This document shows, one piece after another, positions 1-13,635 of a stretch of DNA of 64,000 nt (positions within the stretch are counted from its first letter, which is position 1; every line of letters starts with the position of its first letter). Source of the DNA: Eledone cirrhosa. Its lineage: Eukaryota. Location: assembly GCA_964016885.1 (NCBI GenBank), contig OZ024745.1:94364001-94428000 (forward strand), written 5' to 3'. The translations under genes and the position numbers were made by a program. The notes beneath the pieces were generated by a model. The model saw only the letters and a list, made by a program, of their open reading frames with translations, made no database searches and was not told the origin of the DNA.

Positions 1-52
1 TCTTTATTGCCACAGAGCAGGTTCATAAATGTGGAGAGGAGGGAGATAGACC

Positions 53-94
<42 letters not shown>

Positions 95-318
95 GGGAGA
101 GAGAGAAAGAAAGAGAGATATAGAGGAGACAGACGAAACCTACGTGAAGGGGATACATCGAGTTCATATTTGTAGTCTGCAAATCGCACTCAAGTATCCA
201 TTTATAATGATAAGCAGGGTATTGTCTTGTAGTGGGGTGGTGGGGGATATAGTTAGGAAGTAGTTATTGAGAGAAATTAGTTAGCGAGAAAGCGATGTTG
301 TAGTCTCGGGTTCGAATG

Positions 319-1611
319 TTAAGTTATTTTATAGTGAGAGAATTTAGCCTTCAGTTTGTGGTTGCAGTATAACGATCGTTCGATTCTGTCATTTAGCAAT
401 TTGTTTTTGGATTTTAAGATATAAAAGAGTTCAAGGTTGCATAATCTGCAGTACTTCAATCCACTCCGATATGCACTAGCGCTGGATAATTTATTCCATT
501 TCAAGGTGAACTGCCGGTTGCTTTCTCGGAGTTGCCAGTCTTATTGGCGAACGTAGTCACAAGACGGTGTTTAGGATGTTTAATCGAAAATCGATGACGA
601 TACCAGCGAGATTTAAAGGAGGTAGTGGTAGACCCGATGTAATACCATTTCTGGTCGTTCGATTCGACAGTGCATTGATAAACAATGTTGGACTCTAGGC
701 ATTTATTCTTCAATGGGCATCTTTCGGGTAGGTGGTAGTTGCAGTTTTTGTTGTGGGTAGCAGGTATACCATGGATAGGTTGGGATAACAGTTCAGGTGG
801 GTTGTGTAATAGCCGTCTCCCATTTGGTGGTTGGGAGGCCGATATTATGTTATGCTCATCTGTTACTAAAATATTTTGTTTTGTAGTGTTGTTTAATAAT
901 TGCTTTAAGTTAATTTTTTTATGTATGCTTCAAGGTTTGGTGCAGTGGAGTATGATAGCTTAACAGTCTTAGAGTTTAGAATCTTACTGTATTTATGGGA
1001 ACTAGGGAAATGCTTGTTAATTAACTTAAAGAATGAAAGAGATAGTTTTGTACTAATCGAAGCATTAAAAATGGGATTATACCAGATATACTTTCTACAA
1101 CGTAATTTATTTGAGCTTGGTGATGATTTTCTATTATTAGTATGTCTGGTGGTACTGCGTGTGTGCGCTTGTATTTCTGTACCCCGGTTACATATTCTTT
1201 GATTTCGCGTGTAGCTATGTGTGTTATGGAGATTCTTATCAATGTATTCTATTTTATCCCGGTGGTCTGCATTCCTTAATGAGTTATTATAGTATTCAGC
1301 ATGTTCACTGAAAATCTCAGAGTTAGACGATAGTTAACGAGATACTGAGAGAAATACCGATTTGATCATGGAAAGTGGGTGATTCGAGTTAAAATTAATA
1401 TAGGTAAGGTTCTCATTTATCTTGTGGAAGGGTCGTATCAGTCCAGTATTCAAATTAAGAGTTACGTCTAGAAAATTTACCACTTTAAGATTGTATTCGT
1501 ACGTTATTTTTAGACCCAGTTCACTAAAAGATTTTCTAATGTTTTTCCGTAGTCTTTCAAGATTTTGGTTATTTAAGTTATTAACTAATAAAAGCGCGTC
1601 ATCTCTATATA

Positions 1612-1615
<4 letters not shown>
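319..1615 (-). mobile_element. 5'-truncated, frameshifted Penelope-like element (Naiad-like): RT C-terminus plus GIY-YIG endonuclease
   Basis: Minus strand gives YRDDALL at ~1600. ORF 501-713 reads CLESNIVYQC..YYIGSTTTSFKSRWYRH (GIY-YIG), preceded by CNxH..CPLKNKC. ORF 319-504 reads W..L....Y....KYCRLCNLE (C-terminal CxxC). Confidence 0.88.
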
Positions 1616-1689
<74 letters not shown>

Positions 1690-1751
1690 GTAGAACACTG
1701 GAAGGTAATATCCGTAGTGGTAGAGCACTCAGTCCATGGGACGAGTTAGGT

Positions 1752-1832
1752 AGAAGTGGTTACACAACAGTTAGTTCACCGTACCGAGAACAATTCTCGG
1801 TATGGTGAACTAACTGTTGTGTAACCACTTCT
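1752..1832. repeat. 39-bp-arm hairpin between microsatellites
   Basis: agaagtggttacacaacagttagttcaccgtaccgagaa, a caa loop, then the reverse complement with one mismatch. Confidence 0.9.
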
Positions 1833-1839
1833 CTCTCTC

Positions 1840-1898
<59 letters not shown>

Positions 1899-2764
1899 GA
1901 CTTGTAAAGAACTAGAATCGTTTCATTCGTATGATATCATTAGAAATTTATAGTGATTTCCCCCACCGAAAAAAACTCTTTTGAGACCTTAGTAATGCTT
2001 TTAGATATAACGCCTAGTTCAAAAGAAAACCACCAGTAATTCTTAAAAATTATATTAAGTGTAACAACATTTTTAGTAGAATATCAATGAAATTGTCTAC
2101 ACAATAAAAGACACAGATTTGCTGTTAATTTTATGTTAATTTTATCGCCGATCGTTCGTTCACTCTATATTCTCTCACGAATCTTTCTCTGTCTGCTTCG
2201 GTTAAGAAAATAACGACTAAAGGCTGGGAAAGATCAAATTTGTTCCAGTATACAAAAGATACTAATTAAAGTATTATAAACCTTCTATACCCATTATTAT
2301 ACTGGACATGATGGCAACACGATTTATATGTGTGCTTATTTTTAGCTTTATTTTTACTCTCTTTTTTTCTTTAAAATCTGTGCTAATATGTTGTCTTAAA
2401 TATTTGTCTGAGGTGAGACGCATGTATTTATGTTGGTGCTACCAACATTGTAGATAGGACTTGTTCCTGCTAAACAAAAGAATCACAAATATGAGTAAGC
2501 GAAATCATCATCATCATCATCATCTTGTTGTTGTTGTTGTAGTTGTTGTTGTTGTTCTTTTTAATATCGGTCGGTTCGGACGCTTTTTGCTCTCTCCCAG
2601 TAAGTCGCTTTATTTGCCTGTTAAAATTATTTGTTGTTAAATATTTCTTGTTGTGTAAGGGATAAAAGCCCTTAGATTTTGCCCTGTGAAGGGGAAAGTA
2701 AAATATTTGGGCCTTTTGGTCCAAATATTTGAACATTTTATTTAAAAAACAAAACAAAAAAAAC

Positions 2765-4789
2765 ATGGCTGAGCCACGCCCCCCAGCAATATGTCTGCTG
2801 TCGTCTGACAACGGCGTAAAAGTTGAGAGGAGGGTTACAAACATTGTTACAACAGACACCACCGCAAACAACGGGAACAAAGACAACACTGAGAACACTA
2901 ATTTCGAAAAGATTACCACACAAACTACAACAATAACAGCGTCAACCAAAATACAGACAACAGAAAAAATGACAACAAATGCAACAACGATATTAACACC
3001 GCTAACAAGAAAATAAACAATAACAACACCAACAGCAACAATACAAATTGCACCGAAAACAACAACGGTGGCACCAAAAACACAACCAACTACAACAGTG
3101 ATAACAGCAACAACACCAACAACATCGTTCGTAGCAGTAGCAACAACAACAGCACCGACAACAAGACCAGTAGCAGCAGTAGCGACAGCAATAATGGTGC
3201 CGCTGAAAAAGGGGCTACTTCTTTCGCAGGTGTGGCCCGAAATATAGTAACAGTGCTAGTCACGGAGGAGGAGATGGCAGTCGCAAGAACCATGGTGTCG
3301 AGAAACGACAAGTTTCCCTTAAACCTCCGCCCGATTTCTTCAAAGACCAGCAACTGCGCACGGTGACTTACTGCACCGTAAGCAAAATGTCACATCGGGT
3401 GGAGATAGCCAAGCAGGCTCAAATCCAAAAGGCATTGGGGTGCGTCTGGGCGCGCAAAATCCACATCACCCGAGGCAAAAAGTACGGCACAGTAGATGTA
3501 CTTTTCGCCACCCAACAAGAGGTGAAGTCTCACACTTTGGAAACCCCAAAGAGTGAGGAGATAGTCTTGGTGCCCTCCTACTGCGGGCAGAAAATTGTGA
3601 GGGTCAAAGTGACCCAGGTTCCGCCTGACGTGCCCATACCTTGGCTGGCCGCGTCTGTACTGGCAGGAATCGAGGAGAAGACCACCATACTGCAAACACA
3701 GAGAGTAGGAAGAGAGAACTTGCCAGGAATAGGCATGCAAATGCTAATACAGACTGACCAGGAGTATATCGAGACCATCCCAGACCTCATAGACCTCGAA
3801 AAAGGGCTCCAAATCCCTATAAGCGTGGAAGGAAGGCGCCCAAATTGCTATCTCTGTGGGCAGAAGGGTCACCTCAGCGCCTCCTGCCCGCTGAAGACAT
3901 CCAAGAAGAGCCCCCAGCCCTCCTTCCGACGCCTGATCCACTGCTACAAAGAGCAGGGCAGGCAACAGAGGCAGAAGACCCTTCCATGGTGAGTAGAAGG
4001 GCAACGTCCGTGGCACCCATACCAATACCATGGACAACTAAAGCAGCGGCAGCAGTGGCGGCAACACCAACAGTCGAAGTAGCTACGCCGGCGGTAAAAT
4101 CGCCGGAGCGGACTCCACTACCACCACCAACAGCAGTGGAGCTCATGCCCCTCCCGGACGCTGTGGGGTCCGACCTGGAGTGTGAGGCGGGAGGGAAGTG
4201 GCAAACGGTCTACCACAAAAAAGAAAAAAGAAAAAAAGAAAAAAGAAAAAAGAAAAAAGAAAAAAGAAAAAAGAAAAAAGAAAAAACACCTTAGCTTCAC
4301 CCTCCAAAAGCGAAGGCAGACAAAGAGGGGTAAAGGCTGCAAGGAGACTTGCAGCAACACCACCACCATCACTATCACCACCACAAGCATCACCAACAAC
4401 AACTACCACACCACCAGCATCACCAAAAACACCAACATCGCAAATACAACAAAACACACACACACCCAACAGCAACAACAAGAAAGCAGCAACAAAATCG
4501 CCCCACCCCCCAAAAAGTACACAGCCATAAACATGGCAAATAAAGAACCCCTGCAACACATAAAGCAGCACACAGACACTACACCCCACCGACTCTCCTG
4601 ACAAACATAAGCATAATTGAAATCTCAATAGAACATTACAAACTTTTAAAGCAAAAATTCCCTAATGTAGTTGGAAACTTCTGAGGGTCGGTTACCAAGA
4701 GGATATACACCGACATCTTCTTGGAAACACCCATGACCAGCCAACGGGACGGTTCAACTGTCCCTTCACCACATGATCAAGGTAAGTGA
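2765..4789 (+). pseudogene. Tx1 ORF1 (gag-like, zinc knuckle), frameshifted
   Basis: ORF 3363-3992 contains CYLCGQKGHLSASC (CX2CX4HX4C), with low-complexity Thr/Asn and Pro/Thr flanks. It is homologous to ORF1 of copy B and ends ...HDQGK*. Confidence 0.8.
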
Positions 4790-4821
4790 TCCTTTCTCAC
4801 TTACTCCGTTTCTCATCCAAC

Positions 4822-7205
4822 ATGGCCGTGCTTAGAATAGGCAGAATTGGAAGCAGGGTCACCTGCTCAACGACCTCAGGTCACTAAACATAGATGTGGT
4901 GGCCACCAGCGCGACCAGAATCTCCGAAGCACGAGCCTTTGCACCGATCTTCGGCGGCTACGATGTATACGCATCTTCCAGCCGTCCAGGATCGAGGGGA
5001 GGGATTGCCGTGCTTTTTCGGAAAGGCTTGGAACTCGCCACACGGGCCATCTTCCTGGACCCAGAAGGTAAGTCAGTGGTGCTGGACGTGACCAGCAGCG
5101 AAGGCGATGCTTTCAGGCTAGTAGCCGTCTACTCCCCAACAGGGGCAGGACGGCCAGATTTCTTCAGATGTCTAGAGACCTTTCTTGGAACGTCCCGCTT
5201 TTTAGTGTTAGTGGGCGACTGGAACGGTATCTTAGATGCACGCTGGGATTATGTGGGGCTAGCAGACAGGGCAGGAGGGTGTAAAAGCCTCAACAACCTG
5301 CTCAGACGTTTTGAACTGTCTGACAAGGGGGAAGTTATCAATAACTTCAGGCCCATAACCCTGCTAAACGCAGATTTCAAGATTTTGGCCAAGGTGTTAG
5401 AAACGAGGTTGGCGCTTGTCGTCAAGGGTCTGGTGGGTGAGGCGCAGACATGCACCATTCCGGACAGATCCATACACGACAACCTCCACCTCATGCGATA
5501 CATCATAGAGAGGGTGGTTAAGGAACCTGGCACGGGTGGGGCCCTGATCAACTTGGATCAATCCAAAGCATTCGATAGGGTCGACCATCGGTATCTGGCG
5601 GCGGTCCTCGAGGCAGCCGGTTTCGGGCCCGTTTTCAGGGGTTGGATCGCTGCGATGTACAGCGACATCTGCTCAGTTGTGAGGGTGAACGGTCACCTGT
5701 CGCAGTCGTTCAGCATCATGTGCTCGGTCCGCTAGGGTTGTCCCCCCTCGCCCCTCTTCTACGTATTGGCTCTCGAGCCGTTACTGCACAAACTGGGGGC
5801 GATGAGGAGCGTCCCACGCGAACTAGGATGCGGGAAATTCGAGTCGGCTTACGCCGACGACATTACCGCGGTGATGTCGAGCACCAGACACGTTCAGATG
5901 TTCGGCACCGCTCTCAAGGAATACGAAGCGGTAACAGGAGCAAAGATAAACGAGGAAAAGTCGTTGGGCTTGCTGCTCGGCACCTGGAGAGGCAAGTCCA
6001 TGCCGTCCGACAGCGTCGTGGGGCGTAGGACGGACGGACTGGTTAAATTGCTCGGGGTCTGGTTCGGACCGGACCTCCAGATGGAGAAAAACTGGAGCGA
6101 GGTGACGAGCAAGGTGGCCTCCCTCACCCAGAAATGGGCCGAGAGGAAGCTGTCCCTGAAAGGCCGGGCGGAGGTGGCGAATGCGTACATCGCATCCGTC
6201 ATCTGCTACAGCCTCACCGCTGTCCCTTGCCCCGGTCCAACTCTCACCAAAATGGAGCGCCTGCTCCTCTGCTTTTTGTGGAAGGGACGCGCTCCCATGG
6301 TTAGACGATCCATTTGCTGTCAACACCCGTTGCGTGGAGGATTGGGCATGCCATGGCTGATGATGCGTAAACATGCGCTGAGGCTGCGACATCTCTGGTG
6401 CTTCCTTGACGGTGAACAGGTGTGGTAGCCGTTCGCCAGGCACGTTTTCCCACAGCTCGTCTCCTTGACGGAACTGCAGTCCTGGGTCAAGAAAAGACCG
6501 AGGGATAGCGCTTGGAAACTGGAATGTCTCCAGGCGCTCACTGCCCTCTGCCAGCTGGGCACCAGTATCGGTGTAATATCCACCTCGGCGTTCTATAGAG
6601 GACTAGTGGAGGGGAAGAGCGACGACGTTCTCGGAGAGATCCTGGGCGTCCTGTTTGCTCTCTTCCGGAGAATTTTCATCCCAGGGCCTATGGATCACTT
6701 CCAAAAATCCCTGGCCTGGCAGTGCTACCTGGGAGCGTTGCCGGTTCGAGATAAGCTCTACAGGCACGAACGTGCTGTCAGCCGAGCCTGTCCGAGATGC
6801 GCGCAGAGCGACGAAACCGTCGTGCACGCACTTATTTAGTGCCCGAGCATTGCTGACTTGTGGAGCTATGTCGAATAGTTGCTGTCGCGTGTAGGACTAA
6901 TCCGGTTATCGACTGAGTCCATTGTGCAGATGGTCTCGCCGTCTTCCTTCGAGGAGGAAGGGCAGGCGGTTTTCATCTGCCTAGTGGCCATGGCGAAAGA
7001 GATTGTGTGGTGGACAAGGTTGGAAGGGTTAAAGACGGACACTTTCCTCTTCGGCGAATCCCTGATTAACTTTTTCAAGTTTCACTTGAAGAGGAAAATT
7101 AAGGTGGAGAGGCAAGTGGTGTCTTCTAGCAAGTTTGTTGAAAGGTGGGTGAATGTAGCGAGAATGGTCCGAGTGAACGGGACTGCTCTGAATATACGCC
7201 TGTAG
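4822..7205 (+). pseudogene. Tx1 ORF2 (APE endonuclease-RT) with deletions and stops
   Basis: Motifs VGDWN, FRPITLLNADFKILAK, LDQSKAFDRVDH, YADD, GGLG and CPRC....ETVVH. Internal stops occur at 5733, 6426 and 6837. Confidence 0.9.
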
Positions 7206-7738
7206 TTTGAGAAATGGAAAAATTGAGAGAGGGCGCTTGCCCTGGTGGTTAGGGTGGCCGTGGTCTTTTGTGTGGTTTTCGCCACGAGTAACCTCTGAGG
7301 TTTCCCCCCATTGGGGAATTTTTTTTTGTTTCAATTTTCATTTTTATTGTTTATATATATATATTTCTATGTCTTTTTTTCTTTTCTTATATAAATAAAT
7401 AATAAAAATCTTTACACGCACAAAACCCACATCGTACCGTCCTGTACCGTCTGTAATATTTTTCTTGATGTCAGCCCTTGTGGCCAATAAAGAAATCATT
7501 ATTATTATTATTATTATTATTATTGAATGCCATGGTTGACGGAGGCTCGGCTCTGTAAGGTATTGTAAATTTTAACCGCTATAACAATTGTAAATTGTTT
7601 AAAACTTTAACCAAATTTTAGACAAAAACACCCTCCTCCTCGTGAGAGGGGTCTTTCTGCCCGTTATTTGTCCATTCGGGGTTAAATAACCGCTTATTTG
7701 GGTTTTGTGCCCAATATTTATTTTAAACCAAAAAAAAC

Positions 7739-9849
7739 ATGGCTACAAAAAAGAATTTTCACAAGTCACTCCCACTCATTCCGTCTTCTTCTTCCTCAAT
7801 CGTCACTACACCAGAGAGAAGATTGTCTCTCTCCCTCCCTTCTCTAAATGCGTCTCTCTCCCTCCCTTCTCTTTCGCAAGCGGCGCCAGTAAAGAAAAAT
7901 AGTTTCCAAAATCACGTGCAAAGCGTGGAACATTTCTCCACGACGACGACAACGACGAAAAAGGTGTGCGGTAAACACGAAAACCCATTTCATTCGTCTG
8001 ACGTCATGAATAATAGCAGTAGCAGCCGTAATAACAGCAGCAGCAGCAACAGTGACAAGGAAAACAACAGTAGCAGCCGCAACAGCATCAGCAGCAGCAT
8101 AAACAACAACAGCATTAGCAGCAACAGCAACAACAACAGCAGCAGCAGCAACAACAACAACAACAACCACAGTAACAGCGGCGGCAGCAGTCGTAGTACC
8201 TGCATCAACAACAAAAGTAACAGCAGCTCTGACGACGACAACAACAACAACAACAACAAAGAAAAACCAATCTCGTTTGCTGGTATCGCAAAGAACCTGG
8301 AAACCATCCTTATAACAAATGAGGAATTACAGGAAGCAAAGAAGATGGTGATGAAAACCGGACACCGAGCAATCTGCAAGGCAGCCGAAAAATGTTTCGA
8401 AACCCAACAGCACTGTACAGTCACGTACCGTACAGTAAGCACAAAATCCCGTAGGGCTGAAAGGGCCACAGAGGCTCAAATACAAAAAGCCTTAGGGTCT
8501 GTGTGGAAGCGGAAACGCATATCACCCGAGGCAAGAAATATGCCACCGTGGACGTGCTTTTTGCCACACCCCAGGAGGCAAAGGCTCAATCCTTAGTGAC
8601 CCTAAGGAGCGAGGAAATGGTGTTGGACAAAAAATTGTGAGGGTCAAACTGACCCACGTCCCCCCCGGGATGGCCCCTTCTTGGCTGGCTGCGTCTGTCC
8701 TCGTCGGAATCGAGGACAAAACAACTGTACTGCAAGTACAGAAAAAAGTACGAGAAGATTGGGTTGGCACCTCCATTGAGATGTTAATCCAAACCAACCA
8801 GGATGTGATAGACTTCGATAACGGCACTCAACTGCCCATAAGTGTTGAGGGCAAACGCCCGAAATGCTTTCGCTGTGGTTCGAAGACTCACCTCAAGGCC
8901 TTCTGCAATGAGAACACCCTGAGAAAGGAGAAACCCCCTCCTTCCGGAATCGGCTCCACTGCTGCCAGCAACAGGACAGGCGGCAACCAGGAAGGATAGG
9001 TCCATGGCACCCATACCCACGCCACAGAAATCAAGAACAGCAGCAGCAGTGGAAGTATTAACAACAACAACAGCAATACCAACTGCAGTTGCAACAGAGA
9101 CTCCACTGCAAACATCACCAACAACAACAAGTGAAAGAGTGGAGCTGGTACTCCTCCCCGACCTCACAGAATCAGACATGGAGTGTGAGGTGGGAGAGGG
9201 ATGGCAAAAGGTCGCAAGAAGGTACAAACGCAGAAGCAGCGCATCGTCGCCTTCGAAAAGGCAGGAAAGAAACGAAAAAAGGGTAAAGGCTACTGCAAAA
9301 AGACTTACAGCAACAACACCACCAACACCATCACCACCCACACTAGCACCACCATCACCACCGGCGGCAACCTCACCGCCAACAACAACAACACCTTCAA
9401 CACCACCACCACAAGCACCAACATCGCAAACACAACAAAACACACACACCCAGCAACAACGACAAGAAAATAGCAGAACCACACCCCACCCCCAGAAAAA
9501 GAAATGCACAGCAATAAATACACACAACAAGAAATGAATGACTTACATAATTGAACACACAGACATTTCACAGTACGACTACATAATACCAGCACCAATC
9601 AAAACACCAATGAACATAAGACTGGTAAAAATAGCACAGAAACAATACACAAACATTAAAACGAAATTCCCCAACGCAGTTGGTGATTTCAGAGACCTAG
9701 GAGGGACACTCAACCGGCGGGTATATTCGGATATACTCACAGAAGAGCCGACGACCAGCTGAAGGGGCGATTCAACGGTCCCTTCACCAGACGATCAAGT
9801 GAAAAGGGATGGTGAAACCATCATTCCTCTGCGAGAAGAAGTAAGGTAA
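7739..9849 (+). pseudogene. Tx1 ORF1, frameshifted
   Basis: ORFs 7739-8596, 8637-8999 (CFRCGSKTHLKAFC), 9004-9537 and 9538-9762 are colinear with copy A ORF1. Confidence 0.82.
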
Positions 9850-9883
9850 GTGGTCTTTACCATCTTTTCCACTCCATTTCAAC

Positions 9884-12800
9884 ATGACCTCACTCAGAAT
9901 AGGCAGCATAAATGCGCGTGGCTTGGGGTCGTCATGGAAGCAGGGCCACCTGCTCAACGACCTCAGGTCACTAAACATAGATGTAGTGGCCATCAGCGAG
10001 ACCAGAATCTCCGAAGCACGGGCCTTCGCACCGATCTTCGGCGGCTACGATGTGTACACATCTCCCAGCCGTCCTGGATCGGGGGGTGAAGTTGCTGTGC
10101 TTTTTCGGAGAGGTTTGGATCTCGCCATACGGGCCATCTTCCTGGACCCAGAAGGCAAGTTGGTGGTGCTGGACGTGACCAGCGGAGAAGGGCAAGCTTT
10201 CAGGCTAGTGGCCGTCTATGCCCCGACAAGAGCAGGGCGGCCTGGTTTCTTCCGGCGTCTGGAGACCTTTCTTGGAACGTCCCGCTCTTTAGTGTTAGTG
10301 GGCCACTGGAACGGGATCTTAGATGCACGCTGGGACTGTGTGGGATTAGCGGATAGGGGAGGAGGGTGCAAGAGCCTCACCAACCTGCTCAGGCGTTTTG
10401 AACTGTCTGACAGGTACCGATTGGATTTCCCGAATGTGCCAATGTGGACTTGGACAAATCGTATCGGGTCATCCAGATCATATCTAGATAGAATATTTTG
10501 TAGGGAAATAGATAGGTGTAGCATAAGCTGTCCACAATTCAAGATAATCAGCTACATGGACCACAAATTCGTGATATGTGTGCTTGACTTAAATAGGCCT
10601 CATAGACGAGGACCCGGCTACTGGAAGCTAAACGCGTCCTTACCAGCGCGCAAGGGCTACAGAGACCGGATTAGCGAACTAGTTAAGCAAGCGTTGACGG
10701 GGGCCATCATCAACAACAAGTGGTGGTTTGCTCTGAAAAGAGCGATTAGAATAGACTCCATTAGGTTTAGTAAGGCTTTAGCTATAGAGAAAAATAGAAC
10801 AGAGGGAGAACTAGTTAGAAAATTAGACGAGGCGCTTAGCAAAGGCATCGCGACCGACGTACTTGCGGCGAAATTGGCCCTTGACCAATTCTTCAATGCA
10901 AAGCACGAAGGCTGCGTTGTCAGAGCTAGGGTGCGTGCTCTCAGACACGAGGGGATGAAAGCCGTTCAATGGGCCCGAGTGGCGGTGGCGCGTCGTGGCA
11001 ACAAAGCCACGATTCGGTCTTTGGTGGACCACGACGGGCGCATGCTACTCGATCCCCGGCAAATGTGTGAAGCTTTTCAGCGACACTTCGCTCAACTGTT
11101 CGGGGGCAGCGGCAGGCCGGATCGAGGGATGGACTTTAGTGTCTACCTCGACGGACTGCCGCGGCTCTCGGCCACTGAGGCAGAGTGTTGCGAAAAGCCG
11201 ATAACAGCCGCTGAAGTACGGGAGGCAATGACTGGCTGCACAAGGGGTAAATTGCCTGGTTTGGATGGTCTGCCCTATGAACTTTACGTACAAATGCCAG
11301 ACTTGTTCGGAGGCCTCTTGGCGGACGTCTACTCCAACTGGCAACAGAACGGGAGAATTCCCAGCTCTGTGAGCCGAGGAGCGGTGGCGCTGCTGAGAAA
11401 GGATCCGAACAAGGAGGATAACATAGATAATTTCAGGCCCATAACTCTGCTAAACAGAGTTCAAGATTTTGGCCAAGGTGCTAGCAAAGAGGTTGGCGCT
11501 TGTCGTTGGTGGTCTGGTTGGAGAAGCGCATACATGCGCCATTCCCGACAGATCCATCCACGACAACCTCCACCCCATGCGATACATCGTAGAGAGGGTA
11601 ACTAGGGAACCTGGCACGGGTGGGTCCTTGATCAATTTAGATCAGTCGAAAGCTTTCGATATGGTCGACCATCGTTACCTAGCGGCAGTCCTGAGGGCGG
11701 CTGGCTTTGGGCCCGTTTTCAGAGGCTGGATCGCTGCCATGCACAGCGACATCTGCTCTGTGGTGAGAGTAAACGGTCACCTTTCGGAACCGTTCAACAT
11801 CATGCGCTCGGTCCGCCAAGAATGTCCCCTCTCGTCCCTCTTGTACGTATTGACTCTCGAGGCACTACTGCACAAACTGGAGACGTTTAGGGGCGTCCCG
11901 CGCGAACTAGGATGCGGAAGATCCGTGTCAACATATGCGGACGATGTAACCGTAGTGGTGTCGAACGCCAAACACACCGAGGCGATCGGCACTACACGAT
12001 CGGCACTACAAGAGAATACGAAGCGGTGACAGGAGCAATGATCAACCAGGAAAAGTCAGTGGGTCTGCAGCTCGGCACCTGAAGAGGCAGGTCCATGCCG
12101 TCCAACAACGTCCGTCGTCGGACGCTGGACGGACGGACCGGTTAAATTGCTAGGGGTCTGTTTCGGTCCGGACCTCCAGACGGACAAAAACTGGGACGAG
12201 GTGAAAAGCAGGGTGGCTTCTCTCACCCAGAAATGGGCGGAGAGGAAGCTATCGCTGAAAGGTCGAGCGGAGGTGGCTAACGCGTACATCGCGTCTGTCA
12301 TCTGTTACCGCCTGACCGTTGTGCCTTGTCCTAAGCCCCGCCTGACTGCGCTGGAGCGTTTGCTCTTTCGCTTTTTGTGGAAGGGACGCGCTACGATGGT
12401 CATGCGGTCCATCAGCTGTCAACACCCGCTACGTGGAGGGCTGGGCATGCCGTGGCTGATGATGCGCAGACACGCGCTCAGGCTACCACATCTCTACCTC
12501 TTCCTCGGCGGTGATCAGGTGTGGTCGCCATTTGCTAGACGCGTCTTTCCCCAGCTCGTCTCCATGGCGGAGCTGTAGTCCTGGGTCAAGTGAAGACCGA
12601 GAGGGAGCGCTTGGAGACTGGAATGTCTTCAGGCGCTCACAGCCCTCGACCAATCGGGCAATGTGATCGGTGGAAACTCCACCTTGGCGTTCTATAGAGG
12701 ATTAGTGGAGGGGAAGAGCGACAACGTACTTGGGGAAACTCTAGGCGTCGACGAAAATCAACTAGCCAATCTCTTCGGAAGAACTTTCGGGCCGGGGCCT

Positions 12801-13315
12801 ATGGACAACTTCCAGAAATCCCTGGCCTGGCAGTGCTACCGAGGAGCCTTGCCAGTTCGGGATAAACTCTACAGGATGGAGGTACCGTCAGCCGGGCATG
12901 TCCGAGATGCGCGCAGGGCGACGAAACCGTCCTGCACGCACTCGTCCAGTGTCCGAGAATTGCTGACTTGTGGGTTTATGTCGAACAGCTGCTGTCGCGT
13001 GTAGGACGGATCCAGCTATCAGCTGAGTCCACCGTGAGGATTGCCCCGCCCTCTTCCTTTAGCCGGGAAGTGCAGGCAGTTTTTATCTGTCTGGTGGCCA
13101 TGGCGAAAGAGATAGTATGGTGGACACGATTGAAAGGGCTGAAGACGAGCACTTACCTCTTCGGTGATGCCCTGATTGACTTTTTCAAATTTCATTTGAA
13201 AAGGAAAATCAGAGTAGAGAGGGAAGTGCTCTCTTCCCAGCATTTTGTTGAAAGATGGGTGAGAGAAGCAAGAATGGCCCGAGTGAATGGGCCTACTCTG
13301 AGGATGTGTCTGTAA
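9884..13315 (+). pseudogene. Tx1 ORF2 (APE-RT), several frameshifts
   Basis: Motifs SINARGL, SETR, SYLDRIF, MDHK, GYWKLN, PGLDGLPYELY, FRPITLLN, LDQSKAFD, YADDVT, and a C-terminal Cys/His region. Confidence 0.93.
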
Positions 13316-13635
13316 ATTAAAGGTGGAAAACTGGGAGAGGGCACTTGTCTTGGTGGTCATTGTCACTGTGGCCTTTTAATGGGCTTTCTCCACTGTGTCC
13401 CTCGGAAGACTCCCCCCTATTGGGGAATTTTTCATTGTTATATTTTTGTTACATCCTCTGTTTTTGTTTTTTTACACTCAGAAATGCCCATTTGTACCGT
13501 CCTGTATTGTCCTGTACTGTCCTTAATGTCTACTTTATGTAAACCCTTGTGGTTAATAAAGAAATCATTATTATTATTCTTATTCTTATTATTATTCTTA
13601 TTATCATTGGTATTATTATTATTATTATTATTATT

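Larger units (their letters stand above)
2560..7524 (+). mobile_element. L1/Tx1-clade LINE copy A (internally deleted, disrupted)
   Basis: ORF1 with a CCHC knuckle and ORF2 with APE, RT and C-terminal Cys motif, followed by aataaa and an (ATT)n tail at 7487-7524. The 5' boundary is approximate. Confidence 0.9.
7525..13635 (+). mobile_element. L1/Tx1-clade LINE copy B (near full length, disrupted)
   Basis: Same two-ORF architecture as copy A. aataaa at 13555 is followed by a degenerate (ATT)n tail. Confidence 0.92.

Noticed and set aside
319-750. Selenocysteine (TGA) recoding reported for some Naiad PLEs
   Set aside because: The conserved Cys positions here and at 28.5-28.6 kb are TGY (one is TAC), not TGA. 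The break at ~540 is a frameshift.
1905-1950. Minus-strand CTAATGA...GAAA hammerhead-like string
   Set aside because: The core is mutated and stems I-III do not pair convincingly.
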